Shown here in pieces: positions 62,871 through 64,000 of a DNA stretch of 64,000 bases; position 1 is the stretch's first letter; each line of letters opens with the position of its first letter. Where the stretch lies: contig CAWBAN010000001.1 of the NCBI GenBank assembly GCA_963786935.1, positions 960,001 to 1,024,000 on the forward strand. Direction: 5' to 3'. The stretch comes from an uncultured bacterium. GTDB lineage: Bacteria; Krumholzibacteriota; Krumholzibacteriia; Krumholzibacteriales; Krumholzibacteriaceae. A program made the position numbers and the translations under genes. The notes beneath the pieces are model-generated. The model saw only the letters and a program-made list of their open reading frames with translations, did no database searches and was not told the origin of the DNA.

Positions 62871-63170
62871 TCAGAGCTCATCCGCCTCGATCACGGGAGG
62901 CACGCCGAAGAATTCCTTTTCTCTTTGCGGCGCGGCGCCGAGCACCTCTTCGCGCGGGAGGCACGGCTTCGTCGCATCCGTGCGCAGCTCCGGCTCGAAC
63001 CCGCCTACAGAGGCGCGCGGCTCGTATCCGGCCGTATCGATCGTCTGGAGCTGCTTCACGAATTCGATGATCCGCGCGAGCTGCCCGCGCAGCTTTTCGC
63101 GCGCTTCGCCGCTCAGTTTCACGCGGGCGAGCCGTTCGAGATGCTCCAATTCGCGGTCGGTCAATGACAC
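62871..63170 (-). CDS. gatC: Asp/Glu-tRNA amidotransferase subunit C
   Basis: LARVKL...LR.D...AP...F.VP.VI pattern; upstream of gatA; GTG start after GGAGG. Confidence 0.92.
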   Translation of the reverse strand: MSLTDRELEHLERLARVKLSGEAREKLRGQLARIIEFVKQLQTIDTAGYEPRASVGGFEPELRTDATKPCLPREEVLGAAPQREKEFFGVPPVIEADEL

Positions 63171-63206
63171 GATATGCCTCCGTAACATAGCGCTCAAGAG
63201 TGGGAT

Positions 63207-63236
63207 AGATTAGCAGGACGGGAGCGGGCGTGTCAA
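63207..63236 (-). promoter_or_regulatory. Sigma70-type promoter for gatCAB
   Basis: TTGACA-18-TAATCT with TGn extension. Confidence 0.5.
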
Positions 63237-63276
63237 CAGGGGATGCTCGCCCGAACGGCGCGGCGCTCGATGCGCT

Positions 63277-64000
63277 TCACGCGAACCTGAACGGCGCGTA
63301 GGCGACGAGGAACTTCTTCTCCCCGTGGCGGGGGAAATGAACCGTGACCTTCATGTCCTTGCCGGAGCCCTCGACCTTGCGGATCGTGCCTTCCCCGTAG
63401 TTCGGATGGATCACGACCGCTCCGGGCTTGAAGCGCCTGCTCAGATACGAGCTCTCCCCCGCCGGCTTCGGAGCCTCGGCGGTCCCCGGCGCTCTGGACG
63501 TCCTCGTTCTCTCGAAGCTCTCAGGCGTCTCGAAGAGCGTCTCCCGCTCGCGCGCGATCTGCCCGGCGCGGGGCGCTTCATCCCCCCCGACGAGCTCGAG
63601 CAGGCTCTCCGGTATCTCCCCGATGAACCGCGACGGGGAGTTCCCGATCCAGCTGCCGAAGCGCATGCGGTTCGCCGCGCAAAACATGAAGAGGCGCTCC
63701 TTCGCCCGCGTGATGCCCACGTAGAAGAGCCGCCGCTCCTCCTCGAGCTCGTGAGTCGCCTCGAAGCTCGAGTAATGGGGCAGGAGCCCCTCTTCGAGCC
63801 CGGTGATGATGATCGCGCGATATTCGAGCCCCTTCGCGTTGTGGAGCGTCATGAGGGCGACCTGCTCCTCCCCCTTGAGCGTGTCGACGTCGCTCATGAG
63901 GGCGATGTTCTCGAGGAACGAGGCGAGCGTCGGCTCGCTCGCCGACGTCGAGAAGCGCTCCGTCTCGACGAGGAGCTCCTCGATGTTCTCGAGGCGCGTC
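63277..64000 (-). CDS. pcrA: UvrD/PcrA superfamily 1 helicase, 3' part
   Basis: LMTLHNAKGLEY, EEERRLFYVGITRA, C-terminal Tudor-like V.HP.YG.G; frame runs off the window end. Confidence 0.9.
   Translation of the reverse strand, partial: TRLENIEELLVETERFSTSASEPTLASFLENIALMSDVDTLKGEEQVALMTLHNAKGLEYRAIIITGLEEGLLPHYSSFEATHELEEERRLFYVGITRAKERLFMFCAANRMRFGSWIGNSPSRFIGEIPESLLELVGGDEAPRAGQIARERETLFETPESFERTRTSRAPGTAEAPKPAGESSYLSRRFKPGAVVIHPNYGEGTIRKVEGSGKDMKVTVHFPRHGEKKFLVAYAPFRFA

Overview
High-GC bacterial chromosomal window. Repeated C-terminal WGxIKxL(Y/F) tails and a T9SS/FlgD-like tail suggest a Krumholzibacteriota/Latescibacterota-like organism (inference). Housekeeping content: kbl/tdh, purA, tig-clpP-clpX-lon-engB, three tRNAs (Glu, Lys, Leu), crt, wecB, a pccB-mcm-mce operon, a cobO-meaB-icmA-icmB-thl-hbd-corA operon, an ECF sigma/anti-sigma pair, gatCAB and a partial UvrD/PcrA gene. 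The standout is an apparently undescribed RiPP gene cluster (37839-47605, minus strand). It encodes an RRE-M50 peptidase-HlyD fusion, three cobalamin-dependent radical SAM enzymes, a TPR protein, two radical SAM/SPASM enzymes (one frameshifted in a G7 run), and a 44-aa precursor missing from the ORF track (40061-40195; candidate core TRPWLCYMPVP). The precursor has its own sigma70-type promoter and is bracketed by a long-range inverted repeat. Also notable: an intact DnaE paralog lacking its catalytic residues but ending in a clamp-binding-like motif; six unrelated secreted proteins sharing a candidate C-terminal sorting signal; a protein with about 50 12-residue repeats; and tRNA 3'-end duplications flanking small islets. 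All functional calls come from motif recognition by eye; no searches were run.
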